Shown: piece after piece, positions 37,701 to 49,294 of the stretch
How the letters are laid out: each line of letters begins with the position of its first letter
Numbering within the stretch: the first letter of the stretch is position 1
NCBI RefSeq assembly: GCF_002113885.1
Contig: NW_018480077.1
Coordinates: 1,277,930 to 1,341,929 of the forward strand
Direction of reading: 5' to 3'
Source of the DNA: Mizuhopecten yessoensis
Lineage: Eukaryota
DNA: 64,000 nucleotides
Translations under genes and position numbers: made by a program
Notes under the pieces: generated by a model
Databases searched by the model: none
The model's input: the letters and a program-made list of their open reading frames with translations, nothing else
Told to the model about the DNA's origin: nothing

Positions 37701-40700
37701 GTTTCATTTGTCATCATTTCTGAAAGGAGACAACAATATTATACTAGGCTACATTCGCTTATCCCAGTTGAAACGGTACGTGTGGCGCAGAAATATTCCA
37801 TGATAAACGAACGCACTTGGACCATTTTATAAGCAGAGCTAAAAATGCACAGTTTCAGAGAATAAAAACAATGTATCAAGAATAATATGCCCTTCTTTCA
37901 TCCGTTCACTTAACTACATAACGTATCTTAAAAACTACATGTGACTTGACATTGTTTTAGAAAGAAATAACGCATTTTAGTTTCGGTCAGGTACGTCTGG
38001 ACCCCTCAATCTACACGTGCCAAATTTTCCTGAGGTCAGCCTCGGTTCAGATCTGTGTCTGTCGTTTTCTTCTCAAGTTCAACCGGTTCAACCGTTTCAA
38101 CCAGATACGCGAATGTACCCCTACTGTAAAACACCATGCTGTTGCATGTACAAATGAGTAAGACCTAGAAGATTGTCAATGAGTTACTGAGTAGGACAAA
38201 GAAAATCATGTAATTGATGATGTGTTAAGGAATCCAATGTTTTTTTATGAAATGGGGAACATGAAATACATAAAAGATTGTTAGATTAATTTTTTTCTGA
38301 ATATTTTGCACACATGGTTAAACGTTACAAAAATTGAGTGGTTACATGTATAAGTGTGTTTAAACCTCTGATGCGATTGTTCCTTGTATACCAACTCAAG
38401 AAACATTTCAGCAACAATTAAGTAGAACCAGGGCACCATTTCGTTTACATGTAACAACCGCAAAGTATATTTTCCAAATTGTTTGTTGCCTATATTAAAT
38501 TAACCAGTTATGTCATTCAACTAAACAAGTGCACCATCCATATGAATCACCTGCTATCCAACTGTTGGTGCTCATTAAGTAAATTGAATAAAAAAATCTA
38601 TTTGCTGTATAGTGATCATATCTGGTTGGGTGTGAGGTCTAAAGCTTTTGACAACATTTACTCAGGGTAGACATTATTACTGCCTGCTGTTTTTGTAGGA
38701 GGGGTTTGACTTTTGGCCTTAAATCAACTTTTGGCATTAAATCAACTTTTGTCGGGCCCAGGAGTAACATCTTATAAATAACTGTTTATTGTTCATTTTA
38801 GGAAAAACCCTTGGTAAAAGCATTGATTTTCAGCGTCCAATCTAGTGTTGTATATTCATATTACTATAAATTAGAATAAGGAACAGTTGAAGAGGTACCT
38901 TTGGGAAGTTGCCACTTTTCTTACATAAATAACAAGAGTATACTGAGATGTATTGTATACTCTATGTTCAGGTACAGCATTGGTGATTAGGTCCCGTCCA
39001 GGATCCCCAGCCAAGGGCGAGGATTGGCAGATGCCTTTCCAGTTCAAGTGTATAGGGACATTAAGGTAAGAGTCGGCATAAAATCTAAATTTTGTTATAT
39101 ATAAAAGCACACAGTCAATTAAATGATATTTCCATTGTGGCAGGGAAAATGAACAAATGTTAAATTAAAGTATTGAGAAATACATGTAGGTAGGAAGTAG
39201 ATGTGAACCTCATCTCTGACTGGGATTTAATCAGTAACAACACTGAATGGTGATGTCATTGTATTTCTAATGTTGTATAGCCAGAAATGTTTTAAAATAT
39301 ATGAGTACTTACGTTTCATTATATTTTTACAACTTCGGTATTATGCCACAGAATACAAATTCTGTGAAATGGTTGAATAGAACATGGAAGTTTCATACAT
39401 CGATTAAGTGCTGTAGATGTTAATGGAAGAAAAATATTAATTAAGTGTTGTACATGTTAATGGGAGAAAAATATTAATTAAGTGTTGTACATGTTAATGG
39501 GAGAAAAACATTAATTAAGTGTTGTACATGTTAATGGGAGAAAAACATTAATTAAGTGTTGTACATGTTAATGGGAGAAAAACATTAATTAAGTGTTGTA
39601 CATGTTAATGGGAGAAAAACATTAATTAAGTGTTGTACATGTTAATGGGAGAAAAACATTAATTAAGTGTTGTACATGTTAATGGGAGAAAAACATTAAT
39701 TAAGTGTTGTACATGTTAATGGGAGAAAAACATTAATTAAGTGTTGTACATGTTAATGGGAGAAAAACATTAATTAAGTGTTGTACATGTTAATGGGAGA
39801 AAAACATTAATTAAGTGTTGTACATGTTAATGGGAGAAAAACATTAATTAAGTGTTGTACATGTTAATGGGAGAAAAACATTAATTAAGTGTTGTACATG
39901 TTAATGGGAGAAAAACATTAATTAAGTGTTGTACATGTTAATGGGAGAAAAACATTAATTAAGTGTTGTACATGTTAATGGGAGAAAAACATTAATTAAG
40001 TGTTGTACATGGTAATGGGAGAAAAACATTAATTAAGTGCTGTACATGTTAATGGGAGAAAAACATTAATTAAGTGTTGTAGATGTTAATGGGAGAAAAA
40101 TATTAATTAAGTGTTGTACATGTTAATGGGAGAAAAACATTAATTAAGTGTTGTACATGTTAATGTGAGAAAAACATTAATAAAGTGTTGTACATGTTAA
40201 TGAGAGAAAAACATTAATTAAGTGTTGTACATGTTAAACGAAGAAAAGCTGCATTTTTTCTGTAAAATTGATTGTATTCGTTTTTCTCTGATCTGTAGGG
40301 GACACAAGGACATTGTGTGGTGCCTTGCCACTCAGCGACAGAAGTTGTGCAGCTCTGGAGCAGATGGTTTGGTGAAGGTTTGGGACATGGAGACCCTGGC
40401 CAAGGGCTGTATCAAGACACTGGAGGGCCACAGTAAAGTGGTACGACATGTTTTACCTGAAATAAGCAGATGGAAAATGTTAAAATGAAAAATAATCCTT
40501 TATACTGATTTTCTCTGTATGATCTGTCATTAAGTGTTTCATGTTTTTGTACTAAGTTCTGTAAAACCAGGTCATTTTGAAATTTTACTCTATGGAGTAT
40601 TCAATGGCATCATTGCTAGGCAAAGTTAATATCAGTATTATGATGACAGGTCCACACGATGGTTGCCAGTGGGGACATTTTATACACGGGAGGCGGTGAC

Positions 40701-43700
40701 ATGTCCATCAGGGCGTGGAACATGGAGACACTCACACAGCATTCAAGCGTTGAGGTAAGAAGAAATCACACAAGCAGTTGTTTAATTGTTTTATAATTAT
40801 ACCTGTTGGGTTTCTGACACTCTTATCGGGGGCAAGTGTTTTTCATGATCAGACGCACCGCTGCTTCAATCATATCATAAAAGATATAAATAAAACCTGA
40901 AAAGATCAGAAAAACTTAAAACATTAGAAATCAAATCATTATCTCTCCTTTAGTAAATGAAAACTGAAGTAAGGTTATGGTTAAAATGCATGGGGGTAAT
41001 CAGTTGGTTTACACTATTTGTTGTAATACATATTTCTAGTTTTGCCACTTTGCTAAGTCAAGTGTGAAACGCATGTAAAAATGGGTGAAAGATTTTAATT
41101 GACATGTACATTTGAATGGGATATGGATCGTTAGTGAGGGATATTATTATCATATAACAATAAATCATTGTGTTGATGGGTACCTTTAGATGTTACACGA
41201 CATCATGTTGCGATATATTTACTGGTAGGTGTTTACCTCCTATTTTCAGAATGCGCATGACAACATTATTACAGCCATGGTGTTGGTTGGTGACTACCTC
41301 TTCTCTGCATCACATTCCCTCATCAAGGTTTGTTGCAATTCCTATAGACCTTGTTAAGATTGTTGATTATTTACAGTGTTTCACAAAATTTAAATTCACA
41401 AAATTTAAATTCACCTATTTAATAGCTATTTGTTGCAAAAAAAAGTTTTCTCCATTAAATTTAAAAATTGTACTGTAACTGGTAGAATCTGTACAAATTA
41501 CAAAAAAATCCCAATGATATTAAAATGCTATAAAGAAGCTAGTAGAATCTTATAAGATCACAAGAAAGTTAAAATGAACATTCCAATTAGCATTCTCAAT
41601 TGTCATTGAAGCCAACTTTTGAATACTGAAGATTTGTTACAGAACCTCTTTAAATTGCATATCTTAAGCAATACTATGTGAATCTGCTATTTAGAAAACA
41701 TGTCCACTTCTCTGACAACCAGTTAATTAATTAGAGAAAGCTCAAACATTTGAGAGATCTGCTGATTAAAAAAATTGTGAGGACAGAACATTCTCAGAGA
41801 GAAATTGGGGAAATATTTCATAGCTTATGAGACAAATTGTGATAACAAAATGAAATTTCTGTTCGGTTATTTTGTTTTAAATTTGAATGTTATTCTTTCA
41901 AGGTAACAAAACCAATTCTTTACTTAATTTTGCATTGAGATGAAACACTCTAGTCTAGTGGTAGGACGCCGGGCTCATGACCGAAGGGTTGCAGGTTCGA
42001 GTCACATCACAGCACTTTGTTGTATCTTTGAGCAAGATACTTTACTCCGCTTGTTCCAGTCTACTCAGCTGTAAATGAGTACTTGGTTGGGAAGTGCTAG
42101 AATTAATGAATGCTAGATGTGAGCACCGAAATGGCAGCACAAGCTGTATGCTCCCCATAATTTCTACGAAAATCACTGATTTTGTTTTACTCTTGTTTCT
42201 GATTTGTTTATGTTGCTTGTTTAGGTCTGGGAAGCGAAGACACTGACACATAAACACACTATATCAGGATTGCACCATTGGGTGAGGGCGCTGTGTCTAA
42301 ACAAGGCAAAGGTCAGTATTACTCAGGTTTTAAATGTTGCTTCCTGATCAGTCTTTGCACCAATGAATTGCACTTTGTCAAACTATACAAATCTTATATA
42401 CGGGTATATAACCTTTTAACTGTTACAATCAGTGGAATTTTACATCACCTTTTCCCAGATCTAACAAAGCTATACGATGACATGGTTACCAGGTATCCTA
42501 TTTTACTATTGTAGACATCACTGTACCCAGTTTGTTGTCATCTGTTGGAAGAGCAATACATTTCCTACCTTATAATTACTTATGTTTGAAAATCTGAATG
42601 TTGTCATGACGACAGCTCAGCTAGTGGGACGAAACATGTAAACTTGGATTTAAGTTGCTTATACACTGCAGTAAATGTTGCCATTGACGTCTCTTCCATT
42701 TAATTTATATTTCATTTAAATTTCATAATTAGTTTTATGGAGACAGTCCTGACAACACCATATAACACCATATTCTGTAATTTGTGTGGTTACAGGATCG
42801 CCTGTACAGCGGATCCCACAACACAATAGATATTTGGGACACGACAGGGACCTTTGACCTAAAGGGGAAGATTGACCACGCCTTCGGGTCAGTGTACTCT
42901 CTGGCCATCACACATCAGTATGTTATAGCAGGTACGGTCAGCATACAGTGGACATCATTGTTCAAATGTAGATACATGTGTCAGTCCCTGCTCTATTTGT
43001 AGGATAATTCAGCCGCAGTAAGCAGTGTGAGGTTTAGAGTGTTCAAACCCTGGTGTCCTGGTAAGTGCAGGTTTGACTTCCTTTATCAGGGGCAACTTAC
43101 ATTGGCCTCTGAAGAGAGTCTTAAAATAACTGTATAGAAATATTCATCATAGAGTTTGGGTAAAACATGTGTGTATGTAAGTAAGATGTAATGAAATATA
43201 GAGTTTCTGAGACAGACTTTCTTGCTATACATATATTGGTATACCTCCTACTTTTCTTTTGCATAAGAAATATACAAGTCAGTGTACTATTTGTTTTTTG
43301 GTAATTTAATTACTACATGCAGTTTTTACATACATTGTATATTCTGTGGCATTTAAATTTCAAAGAGGTTTTATACTTTTGGCATGAAATGATATGCAAT
43401 ATTTAAACATAGTGAATTCATTGCACTTTAGAGAGCTTGTTAAGACACTATTAGGTCATGGTGTTTTACAAAATTCAAACCTCTTGAATGGAATTGAAGC
43501 ACAGCTATATATAGTTATGTGAAGACCAAAGCTCTTAGTCTTGTTTCTTATTTTTAAAGCCAGTTACAATTTAAGGATGTTCTCTAATGGGACAGAAAAA
43601 TGGTATCAATTGATCAGGTTCATAATTGAAGCACCTGTAAATTGAATGTTTCGATTACCATATTTGGAGTTTGCATTAACGAGATTGTCGTTATGTTAAC

Positions 43701-45844
43701 ATTTGTTTAGGTACCTACAACCGACTCATACAGCTGTTTAACATCGAGTCACATGATCACATTGGGTCATTCAAAGGACACATCGGGACGATATGCAGTC
43801 TTGTAGCAGCGCCCTCCGGGAGATTTTTGTTTTCTTGTTCCACAGACCAATCCATAATGGTGAGGGATGTCCTGCATGAATTAGCCGATCAGAATCACTT
43901 TTACAGCATGTCAGTGGCTTTCTTTAGATTCCTGTTAGACTGCAATTCTTCAAATCTAGCAGACGGCTGAGTAATTGATAAATTATTGTATATTTGCCCC
44001 CGCACTAGGATTTGGACCTGTGTCCTCCGCACTAGGATTTGGACTTGCGGTATAAAAATACATCAGAAACTTTTGATAAAATTTGATGTATCTGTTTTAA
44101 TCTTTGGTAGGGACTTACAACCAGAACATTCAGGTGTTTGATGTAGAAACCAAGCAGCATACCAGGTCTTTCCAGGGCCACATCGGGACAATCAACAGTC
44201 TGATTACCTCCCATTCTGGCCGATTTCTCTTCTCCTCCTCTATTGACAAAGCCATACAGGTGATTCTGATGCGCTAGTAAAATATCACTTTTCCATTAGA
44301 ATATTACATTGCTAGGTAGTTTATACGGTAATAAATTTGTATGAATGTTCTTCTATTTAAAAGTATGTTGTACATGTATTTTGTAAAATACGTTGGGAGT
44401 TGTATAAGTTTTCATGGTAGGCTAGTCAATTCAGTATGATTTTGACCTGTGAGTAAAATGTTTACTTGTTTTATATTTTTCGGTTTTGAACTAGTTTCAT
44501 TTTAGTTTTATTTCCTTCAGTTATTACACCATTAACTGTGAGATGAGAATGTAATACTTCTGGTCTAGAAAATGTTTGTTCTAGCATTTCACTAGCTATT
44601 CTGATAAATTGCTTATGCAGTCATTGAAACTAAATATTTTATGTTGTAGATATGGAGCCTTGAGCTGATGCTTCCGATCCAGAACCTGAAGCGTCACGAA
44701 GGCAGCGTCAACACCCTCATACTGCTGGGAGACTATCTCATATCAGGCTCGGAGGACCATGAGATCAAGGTAGGAAAAATGGAATTGATTAAATATCCAA
44801 CATAATTACAGAAAGGAAACCAAATAAAAATTATATTTTAGGTCATGTTCATTTTCGTAGGAATAATGTGAGATTGATACAGGTTTAAAGTCGGGTACCA
44901 TGGTACCTTTCATTAAGTATCGTATTAAGGTACATGTGATATAAGTATCACGCCTCTGTACTTTCTGACTTTAATGCATTACATTCGGCCATTTACTACT
45001 CCCTAAGTAAAAACTTCTGAGTCAAATATAATGCCTCATTCAAACTAGGTTAGTGTGCGGTATACCATAGTAAAAGTTAATAATTGTCTAGAAACCCTTA
45101 CTGGGTAATTTGTTTCACAAAAACATGTATTGTATATGTCTGAGTTTTGTTATATCAAAAGGCATTAGGATCCAAGAGAAAAAAGGAACAGAAACAAACT
45201 TTTATAAAAAAAAATAGCCAAAAAAAATATTTCACTAAGGATACTGTAAAAGTGGAAATGTTCGAGGTGTGGAAATGTTTGCATTTTTCGTGTTGAGTAA
45301 ATTAGCGCTAAAATAACGACATGGAAATTGATGGAAAATTGATAGATTTCAGAACTATTTCCAACGTAGCAAAAATTTCCCACTTTTACAGTACATATAT
45401 TAGCATAGTAAGGGAGGTAACTTTGCTAAAATATTTTTGAAAAATAATAAAATGAAAATAAAATGAAGTTCATAACATTTTTGAATGATATTTGAACAGA
45501 TGATTGCAAAAATAAAATTCAGGAGTTTTCTTCATTTCAATATCAAATCCCCTTCAAATCAAGACTCTTTGAAAATCTCCCACAATGTGATCAGTGCAAA
45601 TCAGTTATTGTAACAGTATTGTCCCCTGTTGATGTGAGGTCATTTCTATTGTCGATTGCATGAGCAAGTAGAACAAGTAATATTTAGTAGTTTTGTCAAG
45701 TAGAAATGAAAATGTTGCGAAACAACCGCTGATGGGACTGAAAACTGATTTTCAGATAAACAGGGTTTATTCTGATTTTTCTGCTCTTTTTTTCAGGTTT
45801 TCAAATACTTTCAGATGCAGATGGGTTTTGCACTGCAGACATAG
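31788..45844 (+). CDS. TRAF7: TRAF7-like E3 ubiquitin ligase (RING, TRAF-type zinc fingers, coiled coil, 7 WD40), 626 aa, two isoforms
   Basis: join(31788..32080,35325..35437,35938..36084,36287..36393,36705..36826,37502..37641,38972..39065,40299..40440,40650..40754,41250..41327,42225..42311,42796..42931,[43711..43859 or 44111..44259],44650..44769,45797..45844); GT-AG, phases consistent. Motifs CTVC...CGHTFCRKC...CPID, LIHCQYG, FKCIGTLRGHKDIVWCL, GLHHWVRAL, GSVYSLA, RHEGSV. May be a paralogue rather than the strict orthologue. Confidence 0.88.
32560..33560 (-). mobile_element. L1/Tx1-like LINE ORF2 C-terminal fragment (zf-RVT region)
   Basis: ORF 32559-33212: LQWFQYRLQNCILPIK...CNMCKIQIETTEHLFWKCP...LW. 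Degenerate continuation upstream. Confidence 0.7.
33770..33907. mobile_element. Palindromic foldback MITE
   Basis: Arms CAATTGTAGCCTTT...ATACCTGGATTTATCTACCCGAGA / TCTCGGGTCGATAAATCCAGGTAT...AAAGGCTATAATTG. Confidence 0.7.
34068..35197. mobile_element. hAT5-like non-autonomous transposon spanning the assembly gap, nested in a hairpin MITE
   Basis: Perfect 15-bp TIR CAGGGTTCTCCCCAG / CTGGGGAGAACCCTG; CTTTA duplicated at 34063-34067 and 35198-35202. Confidence 0.75.
34291..34671. other. Assembly gap (N run)
   Basis: 381 N bases. Confidence 1.
37747..38120. mobile_element. PIF/Harbinger-like MITE
   Basis: ~30-bp imperfect TIRs GGCTACATTCGCTTATC..GTTGAAACGGT / ACCGTTTCAAC..GATACGCGAATGTACCC; CTA on both flanks. 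Confidence 0.65.
39403..40240. repeat. 37-bp minisatellite, about 22 copies, in TRAF7-like intron 7
   Basis: Unit ATTAATTAAGTGTTGTACATGTTAATGGGAGAAAAAC; near-perfect centre. Confidence 0.97.
41944..42157 (+). mobile_element. 3'-truncated copy of the CORE-like SINE family seen at 19241-19594
   Basis: Alignable A-box, B-box GGTTCGAGTC, core TGTATCTTTGAGCAAGATACTTTACTCCGC, and CTGTATGCTCCCCA. Confidence 0.8.
43711..43859 (+). CDS. TRAF7-like mutually exclusive exon 13a (WD40 repeats 5/6)
   Basis: 149 nt, phase 1 to 0, AG/GT; GTYNRLIQLFNIESHDHIGSFKGHIGTICSLVAAPSGRFLFSCSTDQSIM. Confidence 0.85.
44111..44259 (+). CDS. TRAF7-like mutually exclusive exon 13b (paralogue of 13a)
   Basis: 149 nt, phase 1 to 0, AG/GT; GTYNQNIQVFDVETKQHTRSFQGHIGTINSLITSHSGRFLFSSSIDKAIQ. 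Confidence 0.85.
45242..45393. mobile_element. Tc1/mariner-type MITE
   Basis: TIRs TACTGTAAAAGTGGAAAT / ATTTCCCACTTTTACAGTA. Confidence 0.7.
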
Positions 45845-48800
45845 AAAAAGGAAAACCTTTGGTGCATAGCCTTAACAGGCTCTACAGAGATCGAGGTCAA
45901 CACAGATTCCTCAAAGGTCAAGGTCAACGTAGTTGATAGTGACTTTATGTGTATTGCTGAACAATGAGTTTATCATAGCAATAAACATGGTAAAACTTTG
46001 TCTTCCACGGTCAGGAACGTTTTTTCAAAATGTCCTGGAATTTGTTTTTTGTGAGAAATATTGTCATTTTACTGTGTCAGTACAGAAGTAATCCAAAATA
46101 GGAGAGGTATGTGATTGACTCGGTTGTGCTTGAGAAAGCCAAGTTCAGCTTGGCTTATAAGCTTTTCATTTGTCACTGTGCTCAGCGACACTAGGATAAG
46201 GTCAGAATAATAAGTTACTGTTGTTTGGTAACTGAAACAGATGTAAACTTGAGGGCTAACACATGTGAAGGACTTATTTTCATATTTGATGGCCCCCCCC
46301 TGAAAAGCTTTTTAGTTTTCTATAGCACAATTTTATCATGTACAGCAGGACTGTATTTTGTATCAAGTACTTGCTACAAAAGTCTACATATTCTATGTTC
46401 AGGTTTATAATATATATTAATACATATATGCTTGTTAACATGTTACAGTTAATGTTTCGATAGCAAATCTAATGTGATATGTAAGATTCTGTTTAAGTAT
46501 TAAAAGTTTTCCTTTCTGTGTCCTAGTACAATAAATCAACATTTTCTGTACGATTCCATTAACAGTTCATATATATACAGCTAATTGAGTTATAGGTAAA
46601 TGAGAGTATGATCCCTCATGTTCCCTTCATTCATACACCACTTCACAGTTTCCTTTTAATGTTGAATAAGTAATTAGTGTCACTGTAAGCGTTCTTATTT
46701 CAGCACACTCAAAGTTAAGCGTGTTGTCAAATTTTAACTGATTAGTGCATTGTTGAATTGATGCATCCACAAAAAACAGGAACCACTATTGGCGCAATCA
46801 TAATTGTCTAACCACCACAAAGTGGAAGCAAGACTAAGGTGCTGCTTTTCCGGCTGAGTCAACATTAATTTTTTGCGTTGAAGTTAGTTTCACTGAAAGT
46901 ATAAGTGCTAGACCAACCAAACTTAGACCCTAGATGTGTCTTAGGTAGTACATCTCAACCCATGCATACAATGCTGAATGCAGCCTTCCTTTCATGGCCC
47001 ATTGACTTTGTCAGCATCTCCATCAACATTAAGTTTTGCATTTAAGTTAGTTTCTCTGATATGTGTATTGATGGTCAAAGTGGGGTATAGGCGAGACATA
47101 TCCATCTGAATGGCTTGTTTTGAATTTTAGCTCCATAGTTTAAATGTGAAAAGCTCTAAATTAAGACTAATGCTTAAAGAATGCTAATCTACAAATGCTC
47201 CTTTTCATTTGAATAATATCAACTTTGTGAAAAATTTGACATCAGAGTCAGTTTTCTAGTTTTCACATATTACATGGAACATGTAAGTATACGATTGTTG
47301 ACAGATGATGGATGTTGCCTCAACTTGCCTTTGTTCCATCTCTGATTTATTTAACTGTCTAAACCTATATAACAGTTTATTTACAGTTATGTCCTAAACA
47401 GAAACATTGTTTTTGTCACCATCAACTCCCATCTCCTACATATCCAACTATAAATATGCAATATTGTTTTGTGACATAATTGTTTCACGACATCTGATTA
47501 TGAGATTATAATGACAATGTGATCTGCATCTGTTTGATAGTATTGTGTTGTAGAGGGGGCCACACTGCATGATTGGTCAGTGTTCCGGCAAGGTCATAGT
47601 TTAGAACACACAGACGGTGGGATATGACTGTGCGAGCAAAATTCTAAAACTATGTAGGTATAGACAACTCCACCAGCATTAGATATTATGGGTTCTGTGT
47701 TGTGTTCAAGTGATAATGACTCCATGAATGATCCATTGAAAATACTGAACCATAACAAGCAGAGCATCCAACCATAGATAGTATAGACCATGTTGATTCT
47801 AAATGGTGACCACCAGACAATTAACACTCCAAAAATCCTATTTTGCTCTGGTTTTGAAAAAAATCCAAAATAAACCATTTTGCATATATGTGTACATGTA
47901 TCATCAATCTATTGTGATGTTAATGAAATACCAATGTTTGATACAACCAGGGTGTTGCCATAAACTTTTGGATTTAAGCCTCAAAGCAAAACGTATTTAT
48001 ATTAGGCAGAATGGTTACTTTGAATATAACATTTTCTTGAGTAAAGCCACTCAGGCGAATCATGATTAATACCGTGAAAGTCTTTGTTGAGCCTAAAGCT
48101 TACCAGAAAACAATATCAGGGGATCCATCACTAGTTCTGTCCTTATTAATAAATGACCAATCAGGGTTCAAATGGACAAATTATTTTGAATGTGATATAT
48201 TGAAAGAAGCATTGATCATATCAACAGATGTATGATAAAGAAGGTTGTTGCTATGAGCGACATATAGGTTGATATTAAATTATTTAATTTGAACCAATGT
48301 TTGTTGAAGATGGTCACCATGGATCTATTGACACTGGTTAATAGGATCTTTGATAAACAATTATTACATTTTAATCACCTGTCTAACTTTGTTTTATTTA
48401 TATGTATTATTAAGTAAATACCTCAGGGTCTTTATCTGAATTAATTAAGGTTAAAATGTGATTGTATGTTTTACTGAAATAAAATTAATCCCAAGCGCTT
48501 TCTACAAATATTCTTCATGAATCTGCTTTTTAATTTTTATGCTTTTTTAAATAGATTGTTATAATAGCCATTTACATTATGTTTGTCCAGTGTTAAAGGC
48601 CCGAAATCACAAAACTTGTCTATATTCAGAACTTTACTGCAAGGATCTATTTCCTCAAATGTTAGCTGAATTAGAAAAAAATATTATGTTAGGAAAACAC
48701 TGATCTTGACTTGAAACAGTGGAAGAGTTGCCAGAAATATAACTGTCAGCAATTAGAGGAAGTGCATCGTCAGAAACCCACATTCGATTGTACAGTACTA

Positions 48801-49056
48801 GCATTTATAGCAGTACATGTATTAGCAATAATATTAAAGTTCAGAAGTTTTGTGATGCCGAGGCCATATATGACTGGCTTACAATCTCTGTATTGATTTA
48901 TTAAAATCTAAATTGGTACAGCATTATAATACATGTAAATAAACAATTTTGTACTGTTTATTTTGTTGGAGAAAATATAACATTTATTTTTGAACTTTTC
49001 TTTGGTTGTATTAATTACTGTACTTCACATCATTTACTGCCATTGATGATTCATCT

Positions 49057-49294
49057 GGCCTCGGTTGTTCAAAGATTGGTGAACCTTAACCAGTGGTTAT
49101 TGAAAAATTCAAATTGTTTCCAATAAAAGTATGGTGTCTCGAAGCATAATCTACTCAAAACACATCAATCTGATCTGTGTAAACATATCCATAGCAGTGA
49201 AATGATGACGGATGATTTTGATTTTGTTGTATTTGTATTTAAAATTCCCCCTAACCATTGGTTAACTCTACCCAACCTTTGAGTAACTGAGGCC
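49057..49294. mobile_element. MITE
   Basis: Imperfect TIRs TGGCCTCGGTTGTTCAAAG...TAACCAGTGGTTA / TAACCATTGGTTA...CTTTGAGTAACTGAGGCC. Confidence 0.65.

Noticed and set aside
39403-40240. CRISPR-like array (37-bp repeats)
   Set aside because: No spacers; a simple intronic minisatellite.
43711-44259. An eighth WD40 repeat from including both exons, or an assembly duplication
   Set aside because: Joint inclusion breaks the frame (149 nt each, phase 0 donor to phase 1 acceptor). The copies are too diverged, with unrelated flanks, to be a mis-assembly.
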